A stretch of DNA of 59,523 nt, filler included. It is 4 parts of 4 records of this genome, joined end to end, with 100 filler letters (N's around TTAATTAATTAA, not from the genome) between each part and the next. Parts side by side here need not be neighbours in the genome. Positions count along the whole stretch, not along the records: positions 1 to 14,246 come from SRR31156797_14235; positions 14,347 to 33,075 come from SRR31156797_14236; 2 more parts are not named here. One strand, given 5' to 3'. Every line of letters starts with the position of its first letter. The first letter of the stretch is position 1. Made by a program: the position numbers and the translations under genes. Shown here in pieces: positions 8,875 to 17,341 of this stretch. The notes below the pieces were generated by a model. The model had not been told where the DNA came from. It made no database searches and was given only the letters and a program-made list of their open reading frames with translations.

Positions 8875-9539
8875 ACCCCTACTCCCATATAGATCGATCG
8901 AAGTTCATCTTCATTTATTATAATAATTGTCCCTCTGTCAATCTCAATCACTCCACTTCTTTCAAGCCTTTTTAAAACTCGGGAGAGTGTTTCAGGTTGA
9001 ATATGTAAAAGTAACGAAACTTCTGTTCTTTTTAATTGATTAAACATTGATAGATCATTTATAAGCATAAATGCCACCTTCGATGTAGCATCAAAAACAA
9101 GCTCACGATTAATAATACATTGTAATTGTTGATTTTTATAAATAAGCTCTTGAATAAATTTTAAAACCAATTCATTGTGATATAAAAACTTCTCTTTAAA
9201 CTTACTAAAATCGATACAAAGTAAAGTGCTATCTTTAATAAACTCTGTATTGGAAAAACAATGTACTCTATTATCTTCTAGGTTTGACAATTCAGATATC
9301 ATAGTTGATGGATAGACATAATAAAGAAATATCTCATTATCATACTTATCAACCTTATAAACTTTTAACTGCCCATCAAGTAAGAAGAGAAGCTGATCTG
9401 TAGTATCTGCTTCATAAAACAACACTGAATCTTTTTCAAACTTTTCAGTATGGCTTATCTCTTGTAACACTTTTAGTTCATCTTCACTAACATGTGAAAA
9501 AAGGGTAATACTTCTTATTGCCTCTTCTAATTTGATCAT
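8871..9539 (-). CDS. Crp/Fnr-family transcriptional regulator (Nss-like)
   Basis: cNMP-binding fold (LFYE..LLDGQLKVYK) and HTH IQPETLSRVLKRL. Confidence 0.92.
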   Translation of the reverse strand: MIKLEEAIRSITLFSHVSEDELKVLQEISHTEKFEKDSVLFYEADTTDQLLFLLDGQLKVYKVDKYDNEIFLYYVYPSTMISELSNLEDNRVHCFSNTEFIKDSTLLCIDFSKFKEKFLYHNELVLKFIQELIYKNQQLQCIINRELVFDATSKVAFMLINDLSMFNQLKRTEVSLLLHIQPETLSRVLKRLERSGVIEIDRGTIIIINEDELRSIYMGVGV

Positions 9540-9594
9540 CGAACCTCTTTTTCCTAAATTAGATATATTTTATATCAATCTTACTTGCAAAATA

Positions 9595-9608
9595 TTGATA
9601 TAGGTCAA
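9595..9608 (-). promoter_or_regulatory. Crp/Fnr box between the divergent regulators
   Basis: TTGATATAGGTCAA; minus-strand -10 TAAAAT at 9572-9567, 22 nt away. Confidence 0.75.
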
Positions 9609-9650
9609 GTTTTAAAATATATTTTAAGCTACAAGGCTATACACTTTTGC

Positions 9651-10292
9651 ATGAATATCACAGAAGAACTACCAAAGCACCATATATTTTCAGATCTCAG
9701 TGATAAAGAACTAGAAGCTATTCAAGCTATCTGTAAAATTGAAACTTTTGAAAAAAACCAAATCGTTTTTTATGAAGGGGAAGAACCAAACTATTTTTAC
9801 CTGCTTCATAGTGGGTTTGCAAAAATCTATAAAGTCGATCAAAAAGGTAATGAGATAGTCTTACATAATTTTATTGCTCCCTCACTTATTGCAGAGATGG
9901 CTTCCATTGAAAGTCTTAAGTTCCCTGCAACGTGTGTAGCCACTGATAGATGTAGTTTTTTATTGATACAAAAAGATCAGTTCATACAACTCTTACGTCA
10001 AAATACCGACATCTCCTTTAATGTTATCAAATCTTTAACAAAAAAAATTAAAAGTATGGATAATATCTTAAATCGAAGTCTTATCTTTGATGCGACCACA
10101 AAAGTAGCCCACTATATCAATACAAATCCAAGTGAATTTAAAAATAAAAAAAACAAGATCATAGCAACAGAGCTTCATATCACCCCAGAGACTCTCTCTA
10201 GAGTATTAAAAAAACTCAAAGAGCTTTCAATTATAGATAATGAACATACTCTTGTAGACCAACAAAAACTACAGATGTTTTTAAGCTTTTAA
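9651..10292 (+). CDS. Crp/Fnr-family transcriptional regulator (NssR-like)
   Basis: VFYEGEE..GFAKIYK..IAEMA..FPAT; HTH ITPETLSRVLKKL; ATG 9651 preferred to the track start. Confidence 0.9.
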   Translation: MNITEELPKHHIFSDLSDKELEAIQAICKIETFEKNQIVFYEGEEPNYFYLLHSGFAKIYKVDQKGNEIVLHNFIAPSLIAEMASIESLKFPATCVATDRCSFLLIQKDQFIQLLRQNTDISFNVIKSLTKKIKSMDNILNRSLIFDATTKVAHYINTNPSEFKNKKNKIIATELHITPETLSRVLKKLKELSIIDNEHTLVDQQKLQMFLSF

Positions 10293-11002
10293 CGTATCAC
10301 GATAGGGAATTTATACCTTTGAGGATACTCTTTAATATCTTCATTTGTGATTGAACTTGATCTTGGAATATTCTGATCGATATAATTTTTATCGTTTAAA
10401 AAATTTTGTAATATATATGTTTTATCATAATCCAACTTTTCAAGTGTTTGAAGTATCTCTTGTATATCTTCAAGACTTAGAAGTTTACTATGATATGTAG
10501 TTCTAACCTCAAAATCTCTATTCTTTGCTATCAACAGTTTGAGTGTTTGGAAAAACTTTTCATACTCTTTGTTTTTTGTGATCTTTTGAAATTTTTCTTT
10601 TGGAGCTTTAAAGTCAAGTGCAATAAAATCGATATCTTTAATAAGTTTTTCGATCATCTTAGGGTTAGAGCCGTTGGTATCTAACTTGACTTTAAAACCC
10701 ATAGCTTTTATACGGGTGATAATCTCGATAAGTTCTTTATGGATCGTGGGCTCTCCACCACACAAAACCACCCCTTGCAAAAGCCCTTTTCTTGATTCTA
10801 AAAACTTTGTTATATCGTAAAAATCAAGCTTCCCTTTTCCAAAAACAAGCTCAGGGTTATAACAATAATCACACCGCATATTACAGCCGTTTAACCATAC
10901 TATTGCCGAGGGATATTTTGCAAAATCCAATAAGCTAAAAGGGGTGATCGAATCAAAGATCTTTTTGTGTTTCCAAGAAATAGGTTCTTTGTTTATGCTC
11001 AC
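10289..11002 (-). CDS. nrdG: Anaerobic ribonucleotide reductase activating radical SAM enzyme
   Basis: CNMRCDYCYN, GGEPT, KLDTNGS; likely GTG start at 11002 after AAAGGA. Confidence 0.9.
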   Translation of the reverse strand: MSINKEPISWKHKKIFDSITPFSLLDFAKYPSAIVWLNGCNMRCDYCYNPELVFGKGKLDFYDITKFLESRKGLLQGVVLCGGEPTIHKELIEIITRIKAMGFKVKLDTNGSNPKMIEKLIKDIDFIALDFKAPKEKFQKITKNKEYEKFFQTLKLLIAKNRDFEVRTTYHSKLLSLEDIQEILQTLEKLDYDKTYILQNFLNDKNYIDQNIPRSSSITNEDIKEYPQRYKFPIVIR

Positions 11003-11123
11003 CCACTTTTCCTTTATTAAAACTCTCAACCGGTCGATGGTATCCCATCACTCTTGTATAAACTATACACTTTGTTCTTTTATGATTATTTTGCTCTAAA
11101 ACTTCACTGTCTTGTTTTTTCAT
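10953..11123 (-). CDS. nrdD: Stand-alone glycyl-radical domain of class III RNR (56 aa, not in the ORF track)
   Basis: MKKQDSEVLEQNNHKRTKCIVYTRVMGYHRPVESFNKGKVGEHKQRTYFLETQKDL contains YTRVMGY; ATGA overlap with the large nrdD stop. Confidence 0.88.
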   Translation of the reverse strand: MKKQDSEVLEQNNHKRTKCIVYTRVMGYHRPVESFNKGKVGEHKQRTYFLETQKDL

Positions 11124-13216
11124 GCTACTTCCTTTTGTTGTAATATCTCTTCGTCACATTTTGGACAAAACTCATGTTCTCCATTGATATATCCATGTTT
11201 TGGACATATAGAAAAAATCGGAGTAAGGGTAATATACGGTAATCTAAAATTCTCTAAAACCGTCTTTAAAAAGAGTTTCGTAGAATCGGTGCTTTTTAAT
11301 CTTTCATTCATATATAAATGCAATACGGTACCTCCTGTGTATTTGGTTTGTAAACTATCTTGTTTTAAAAGAGCCTCAAAAGGATCTCTTGTAAAATCAA
11401 CAGGGAGTTGTGAAGAGTTGGTATAATATATATTTTCATCAAAGCCTGCTTGAAGGATATCGGGATATCTTTTTTTATCCTCTTTGGCAAACCTGTAGGT
11501 AGTTCCCTCCGCAGGTGTTGCTTCAAGATTAAAAAGATTCCCGCTTATCTCTTGATAGTGTTTGATATTGTCTCGTATATATTCCAATACCTCTAGGGCA
11601 AACTGCTCTCCAAACTCCGAGGTGATATCCTCTTTATCATCTGTAAAATTACGGATCATCTCATTGATACCGTTTACTCCAATAGTTGAAAAATGATTAT
11701 CAAATCCTTTTAAATACCTTTGTGTATAAGGATAAAGCCCATCTTGAAAGAGTTGATTGATGATCGTTCTTTTTTTCTCTAAAGTATTATAAGCAATATC
11801 AAGAAGCTCTTTTAATCTATTCAATAGCTTTGATTGATCATTCTTATAAAGATATCCAAGACGTGCCGTATTTATAGTAACTACTCCTATACTTCCCGTC
11901 ATCTCCGCACTTCCAAAAAGACCGTTTCCTCTTTTTAAAAGCTCTCGTAGATCAAGTTGCAATCTGCAGCACATACTTCTTACTGCATTTGGTTTATAGG
12001 CTTCTTGGTTCTCTACTTTTTGACCGTTTTCATCAATAATATACTGGCTTCCAATAAAGTTTTGAAAATAACTCGAACCGATCTTGGCACTGTTTTCCAA
12101 TAAAATATCTACATTTTCACCCTCCCAATCAAACTCTTCGGTGATATTTACCGTCGGGATCGGGAAAGTAAAAGGTTGTCCTGTTTTATCCCCCTCTGTC
12201 ATGATCTCGTAATAGGCTTTATTTATTTGATCCATCTCAGGTTTAAAATCTTTAAAGGTAAGCTCTTCTAAACTATTTACGCCTCTTTTTTGGGCCTTTT
12301 TTAGTAAACTCTGATCTTCTATATTTTTTAAAAGGTGAGTATCGTATCTTGTGGGAAATTGATCTTTTAGATCATCTGGTACCGTCCAATCAATAGTGAT
12401 ATTGGTAAAAGGGCTTTGTCCCCAGCGTGACGGGACATTGAGATTATACACAAAACTACGAACCGCTTTTTTTATCTCTTTGTAGTCTAACTGATCTATA
12501 AAAATATATGGAGCAAGATAGGTATCAAATGAGCTAAAAGCTTGAGCTCCCGCCCATTCACTTTGCAAGATCCCTAAAAAGTTTGCCATCTGCCCTAAAG
12601 CTTCTCTAAAATGTTTTGGTGCGGAACTTTCCACTCTTCCTCTAACCCCGTTAAAACCGTCATTAAGTAACTGTCGTAAACTCCACCCTGCACAATATCC
12701 CGTCAAACAATCAAGATCATGGATATGGATATCTCCGTTTCTATGGGCATACCCTTCCTCTTTGGTATACACCTTATCAAGCCAATAGTTCGCGATCACT
12801 TTTCCTGCTAAATTATTCACTAATCCAGAATTTGAATATCCGGTATTGGCATTTGCTTTAATTCTCCAATCACTTTTATGGATATACTCCTCTACGCTTT
12901 GTGTTGAATTGATATAGGTAGTATCTTTATGAAGTCCAAGGATCTGCTCACGCTGCATTTTATGTAAAAAACGGTAGGTAATAAAAGATTTTAAAACGCT
13001 AAAATATTTATAATCAAAAAGAACTTTTTCAATTAAGTCTTGAATATCTTCTACACTGTTTAGGTTATCCCAATATATCTGTTTGATCACACGTGTAAAT
13101 ACATATTTATTATATGATACACCGACACTTTTAAAAGCTTTTTTAATAGCGTCTTCTATTTTATATTGCTTAAACTCCTCTTTTGAACCATCCCTTTTAT
13201 AAACTAAAGTTTCCAT
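11120..13216 (-). CDS. nrdD: Anaerobic (class III) ribonucleoside-triphosphate reductase, catalytic part
   Basis: ATP-cone start VYKRDG, HIHDLD, SMCCRL, EATPAEGTTYRFA, Zn-site CPKHG..CPKC; lacks the terminal RxxGY. Confidence 0.93.
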   Translation of the reverse strand: METLVYKRDGSKEEFKQYKIEDAIKKAFKSVGVSYNKYVFTRVIKQIYWDNLNSVEDIQDLIEKVLFDYKYFSVLKSFITYRFLHKMQREQILGLHKDTTYINSTQSVEEYIHKSDWRIKANANTGYSNSGLVNNLAGKVIANYWLDKVYTKEEGYAHRNGDIHIHDLDCLTGYCAGWSLRQLLNDGFNGVRGRVESSAPKHFREALGQMANFLGILQSEWAGAQAFSSFDTYLAPYIFIDQLDYKEIKKAVRSFVYNLNVPSRWGQSPFTNITIDWTVPDDLKDQFPTRYDTHLLKNIEDQSLLKKAQKRGVNSLEELTFKDFKPEMDQINKAYYEIMTEGDKTGQPFTFPIPTVNITEEFDWEGENVDILLENSAKIGSSYFQNFIGSQYIIDENGQKVENQEAYKPNAVRSMCCRLQLDLRELLKRGNGLFGSAEMTGSIGVVTINTARLGYLYKNDQSKLLNRLKELLDIAYNTLEKKRTIINQLFQDGLYPYTQRYLKGFDNHFSTIGVNGINEMIRNFTDDKEDITSEFGEQFALEVLEYIRDNIKHYQEISGNLFNLEATPAEGTTYRFAKEDKKRYPDILQAGFDENIYYTNSSQLPVDFTRDPFEALLKQDSLQTKYTGGTVLHLYMNERLKSTDSTKLFLKTVLENFRLPYITLTPIFSICPKHGYINGEHEFCPKCDEEILQQKEVA

Positions 13217-13271
13217 ATATATCCTTGTGAAGTGATTTGTAAAATTGTACTTCTATTTTTTAAAAAAAAGA

Positions 13272-13285
13272 TTGACCTTGATCAA
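13272..13285 (-). promoter_or_regulatory. Crp/Fnr box for nrdD
   Basis: TTGACCTTGATCAA; minus-strand -10 TACAAT at 13249-13244, 22 nt away. Confidence 0.8.
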
Positions 13286-13314
13286 ATACTATAACAAATT
13301 GTATAAGTATTCTT

Positions 13315-13328
13315 TTGACCTAAGTCAA
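13315..13328 (+). promoter_or_regulatory. Crp/Fnr box for cytochrome c553
   Basis: TTGACCTAAGTCAA; -10 TATACT at 13351-13356, 22 nt away. Confidence 0.8.
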
Positions 13329-13384
13329 ATAAAAAATATTTTTTTTCATATATACTTTGATTACAAATAAAAAAAGGACAACAA

Positions 13385-13675
13385 ATGAAAAAAATCACTT
13401 CTATAACTTTGATTATGGGGATCTTAGCAACTGCGTCATTTGCAAATGTAAAAGCATATAATAAATGTATCGCATGTCATGGGGCAAATGGAGAAAAAGT
13501 AGCGCTTGGGAAAAGCAAGATCATGAAAGATATGACAAAACAAGAGATCGTTGATTCACTTAAAGGGTATCAAAACGGAACATACGGTGGAGCGATGAAA
13601 GCTCTTATGGCAGGACAAGTAAAAGGACTAAGCAACGAGGATATCCAAGCAATTGCAAACCATATAGGAAAATAG
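13385..13675 (+). CDS. Monoheme cytochrome c553
   Basis: Signal peptide, CIACHG, YGGAMKALM, 96 aa. Confidence 0.92.
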   Translation: MKKITSITLIMGILATASFANVKAYNKCIACHGANGEKVALGKSKIMKDMTKQEIVDSLKGYQNGTYGGAMKALMAGQVKGLSNEDIQAIANHIGK

Positions 13676-13741
13676 TCTTTTATGGATAGATTATACATAA
13701 GCTTGTTATAATCTATCCTCACAATACTTATAGGAACTATT

Positions 13742-13999
13742 ATGAAAATTTTTTACTTTTTTATACTACTATTTACACTTACTTTTGCACAGGATTCACA
13801 CAAAAATTCAAACTCACTTCATGAAAAAAACCTTCAAAAACAGATGGAAAAAGAAAAAAAGTTTGCACAAGAACAAAAATTCTACCAAGGGCAGAACTAT
13901 GATCTTGATAGTTTTGAAGTAGATGACAAATCCCTAAAAAACATCCCAGATCAACCTGATTACAATGATGATTTTGATATGAATAATGTTTATGACTAA
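13742..13999 (+). CDS. Small exported hypothetical protein
   Basis: 85 aa, signal peptide, AGGA RBS, acidic C-terminus. Confidence 0.75.
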   Translation: MKIFYFFILLFTLTFAQDSHKNSNSLHEKNLQKQMEKEKKFAQEQKFYQGQNYDLDSFEVDDKSLKNIPDQPDYNDDFDMNNVYD

Positions 14000-14006
14000 A
14001 TTATCA

Positions 14007-14031
14007 ATGAGAAAGTAAAATACTTTCTCAT
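14007..14031. terminator. Probable bidirectional terminator
   Basis: 11-bp IR ATGAGAAAGTA-aaa-TACTTTCTCAT between convergent genes. Confidence 0.6.
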
Positions 14032-14038
14032 AATTTTT

Positions 14039-14246
14039 CTATGCTGCTTTTTCAATCAAAAGTTTTTCGAGATCCTCTTTAGCATCACCTGTAAGATGAA
14101 GATTAAAATTTTCAGCTAAAAAGTTAAAAATATCTTCATTGACAAACTGTGGTGGTTTTGGTCCAAGATAGATATTTTGAACTCCAAGACTAAATAATGC
14201 CAATAAAATTATTACCGCTTTTTGCTCCATCCAAGAAAGAACAATA
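14039..14246 (-). CDS. hcp: Hybrid cluster protein, C-terminal fragment (contig end)
   Basis: IVLSWMEQKAVIILLALFSLGVQNIYLGPKPPQF is the conserved Hcp C-terminus. Confidence 0.88.
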
Positions 14247-14346
14247 NNNNNNNNNNNNNNNNNNNNNNNNNNNNNNNNNNNNNNNNNNNNTTAATTAATT
14301 AANNNNNNNNNNNNNNNNNNNNNNNNNNNNNNNNNNNNNNNNNNNN
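14247..14346. other. Artificial contig linker
   Basis: 100 nt of N flanking TTAATTAATTAA (stops in all six frames); composition changes across it. Confidence 0.97.
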
Positions 14347-14580
14347 CATGTAGATCATGTTATCCACACCATTGATCTGTTGCTCAAGTGGAGTTGCAAC
14401 AGATTGTTCGACGCTCACGGCATTCGCCCCTGTGTACGTGGCTCTCACTTCGACAATGGGGGGGGTGATGTCCGGGTATTGCTCCATGGGTAAGCCACTG
14501 AGAAATACGACCCCTATGATGACCATAAAAATGGCCATTACCATGGCCACAATGGGCCTTCTTACGAAAAAATCACCCAT
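14347..14580 (-). CDS. HAE1 RND permease, N-terminal fragment (contig end)
   Basis: FFVRRPIVA..LPMEQYPDITPP..ATYTGANA..VATPLEQQINGVDNMIYM. Confidence 0.9.
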
Positions 14581-14586
14581 GGCTAA

Positions 14587-15738
14587 TCACTTCTTATCCT
14601 GGTCTGTTAATTTGACATCTGCGACAGAGGGGCTAACGGTGATGCCGTCTTTGACTTTTTGCAAGCCTTCAAAAACCACTTTTTCCCCGGACTTGAGTCC
14701 TTCGCTTATCAGCCACTGGGAACCAACCTGAGGGCCAACTGTAATTTCCCTGGTTTCAACTTTATTACTCTCATCGACAACGAACACGTTGAACAACCCC
14801 TGCAATTCCATGACACAACGTTGGGGAATTAAAATGGCATCTTTAAGATCGGTAACCTTGATTTTCACTATGGCAAATTGACCAGGACGGAGCAGCTTCT
14901 CAGGGTTAGGGAAGGATGCCTGAACGAGCATGGAGCCGGTCGTGCTATCTACTTCCCTGTCGATGAAATCGGCTTGCCCTTTGTGGTTATAAGTTTCGCC
15001 GTTGATTAAGATAAGCTCAAAATTCCCCTCACGGCTTTGCCTTTGCTCTTCTTCTAGGTGTTCATAATACTTAGCCACTTCCAAGTACTGGGTCTCAGTG
15101 ATGAAAAAGTTGACAAGAATAGTATCCACCTGGGATACAGTGTTCAGGATAACTGGATTGGGGTCTTTACCTACAAAATCGCCAACTTTGGCTTTTGTTC
15201 GGCCAATGATGCCATTAATGGGAGAGTAAATTTTGGTATAACTCAGTTCAATCTTCGCTGATCTTAAAGTGGCGTTGGCAGCATCCAGAGATGATAGGGT
15301 TGCTTCATAGGCTGCAACGGCAGCGTCCAGATCACTTTGACTGACGGCATTTATGGCCGCAAGGGGCTTGATGCGGTCCAAATCACCTTTGGTTTTCGCC
15401 AGCATGGTTTTCACTTCAGCGACCTGACTCATTCTGGTGGCTACCTTTTCTTCAAAAGGCTGGCTTTCCAGGGTGTACAATAATGCTCCTTTTTTCACTT
15501 CTGAGCCTTCCTGGAAATGTATTCCCTCGAGAAAACCTTCCAGTCTGGCACGGATAGCTATGTCCTTTAATCCAGCAGTCTGGCCGACAAACTCTTGGAA
15601 TAGCGGGATTTCCTGAGCTTTGGTTTCGATGACCGACACATCAGGCGGTGGTGGAGCTGGAGGATCTTTTTTCTCCCCACTACAGGCAAATAACAAAGAA
15701 GTCAAGCAGGCAATCAAACCGATGGTTTTCAATCTCAT
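14587..15738 (-). CDS. RND efflux periplasmic adaptor (AcrA/MexA-like lipoprotein)
   Basis: Lipobox LFAC, IRARLEG, IYSPINGIIG, FPNPEKLLRPGQF. Confidence 0.92.
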   Translation of the reverse strand: MRLKTIGLIACLTSLLFACSGEKKDPPAPPPPDVSVIETKAQEIPLFQEFVGQTAGLKDIAIRARLEGFLEGIHFQEGSEVKKGALLYTLESQPFEEKVATRMSQVAEVKTMLAKTKGDLDRIKPLAAINAVSQSDLDAAVAAYEATLSSLDAANATLRSAKIELSYTKIYSPINGIIGRTKAKVGDFVGKDPNPVILNTVSQVDTILVNFFITETQYLEVAKYYEHLEEEQRQSREGNFELILINGETYNHKGQADFIDREVDSTTGSMLVQASFPNPEKLLRPGQFAIVKIKVTDLKDAILIPQRCVMELQGLFNVFVVDESNKVETREITVGPQVGSQWLISEGLKSGEKVVFEGLQKVKDGITVSPSVADVKLTDQDKK

Positions 15739-16097
15739 GGTGCATTCTCTGCAGGTTAATGTTTTTCAAAGAATAACTTCGATTGGAATGAGTCAGAGTA
15801 CGATTTTAATAGAGACTGCAATACTGTCTCATAAATTTATAAACGATACCACATAAATAAAGGCTACGATAGCTTCTTGCCTTATAATTATGGAAACATC
15901 CGTTAATAACTTTTTCCCTGATTGGTAGGCTGAAACAGTGGTTCGATGCATCTTCACAAGCAAGCATGTGGCGTTTCTCACTGTGAGCCGGTTCAACCAT
16001 GATTTTTTGTCGTCGGGGTGCATTTTTACTTTTCTAAGGTGGTAACTTGGTTTTTTTAATGCTATTTTAGTACTTTAAGGGTTGTTGTTCATAATCA

Positions 16098-17330
16098 ATG
16101 AAGAAGTCTACTATTTTTATAGGAGTCCCTGCCATGATTCTGGAGAAAAATGTCTCTGCCCGTTCTGAAAGGATACATATTTTGGGCTGCATAATTCTTA
16201 CTGTACTTGGTCTTATTGGGTGCAAGCAAGAGGAGGCTACGGTACAGCCTCCGCCTGCTGAGGTGAACACAATGATGGTCACTCCAAAAACTATCTCTGT
16301 TGAAGCCTCTTTCGTGGCCCAGGTTGAGAGTGCTCATCAGGTGGAGATCGTGGCTCGGGTTAACGGCTTTTTAGAAAAGATTCTCTATACTGAAGGGGAT
16401 GTGGTCGAGCAGGGACAGAAAATGTTTCTGATGGATCAAAAACCGTTTAATGCCCAGGTCGAAGCAGCACGAGGCTCTTTGGCTAATACTAAGGCGCAGC
16501 TCTGGACAGCGCAGGCTAACCTGAACCGGGTTCGACCTTTAACTGAGTTAGATGCTGCCAGTAAGAGTGACCTGGACAATGCTATTGGCTCAGTGCAGGC
16601 AGCCGAAGCGGCAGTACATCAGGCGCAGGCTCGTCTTGAGCAGGCCGAGCTCGACTTGAGTTATACTGTGATTAAATCACCTGTAACGGGCGTGAGCGGT
16701 GAAGCTAAAGCCCGTGAAGGAGCCTATCTGAGCGTCGGGACTGGCGGCGATCTGAGTTATGTTGCTCAGCTTGATCCGGTCTGGGTTAATTTTAGCGTTT
16801 CACAGAATCAGATGGCTAAAAACAGGAAAGAAATAGATGCCGGTCGGATAGTCCCTCCACCTGATCACGAATATAGTGTTGATGTGTTTCTTTCTGATGG
16901 CAGCCAGTACCCCCATAGTGGCAAGATGAGTTTTGTTGATCCCACCTTCAACAGAGAAACCGGTACCTTTCTTATCAAGGCTGAATTGCCTAATCCGGAC
17001 GCCTTGCTGCGGCCAGGGATGTTCGTAAAAGCAGTCCTCAAGGGTGCCCAGCGCCCTAAAGCCCTCACAGTTCCGCAACGGGCAGTACAGCAAACCTCCA
17101 ATGGGCACGTGTTATTTATGGTGAACAGCGAAGGTAAAGCAGAGGTTCGCCCTGTAATCGTCGGTACCTGGGTCGAAAAGGATTGGGTGATTGAAAAAGG
17201 CTTACAACCCGACGAGCAGGTCATAACTGATGGCTTCATGCGTCTTGCTCCTGGTATGCAGGTGAAGGTGGTCACCACGCCTGTGAAGGATTCGCAAGAG
17301 GTAACACCTTCCCAGTCTGCAAAGAAATAG
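16098..17330 (+). CDS. RND efflux periplasmic adaptor
   Basis: LIGC lipobox, VEIVARVNG, IKSPVTG, LPNPDALLRPGMF; start uncertain. Confidence 0.9.
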   Translation: MKKSTIFIGVPAMILEKNVSARSERIHILGCIILTVLGLIGCKQEEATVQPPPAEVNTMMVTPKTISVEASFVAQVESAHQVEIVARVNGFLEKILYTEGDVVEQGQKMFLMDQKPFNAQVEAARGSLANTKAQLWTAQANLNRVRPLTELDAASKSDLDNAIGSVQAAEAAVHQAQARLEQAELDLSYTVIKSPVTGVSGEAKAREGAYLSVGTGGDLSYVAQLDPVWVNFSVSQNQMAKNRKEIDAGRIVPPPDHEYSVDVFLSDGSQYPHSGKMSFVDPTFNRETGTFLIKAELPNPDALLRPGMFVKAVLKGAQRPKALTVPQRAVQQTSNGHVLFMVNSEGKAEVRPVIVGTWVEKDWVIEKGLQPDEQVITDGFMRLAPGMQVKVVTTPVKDSQEVTPSQSAKK

Positions 17331-17341
17331 ACGAGGTCATT

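Noticed and set aside
14291-14302. TTAATTAATTAA palindrome recurring three times inside N-runs
   Set aside because: Artificial six-frame-stop linker, not biological.
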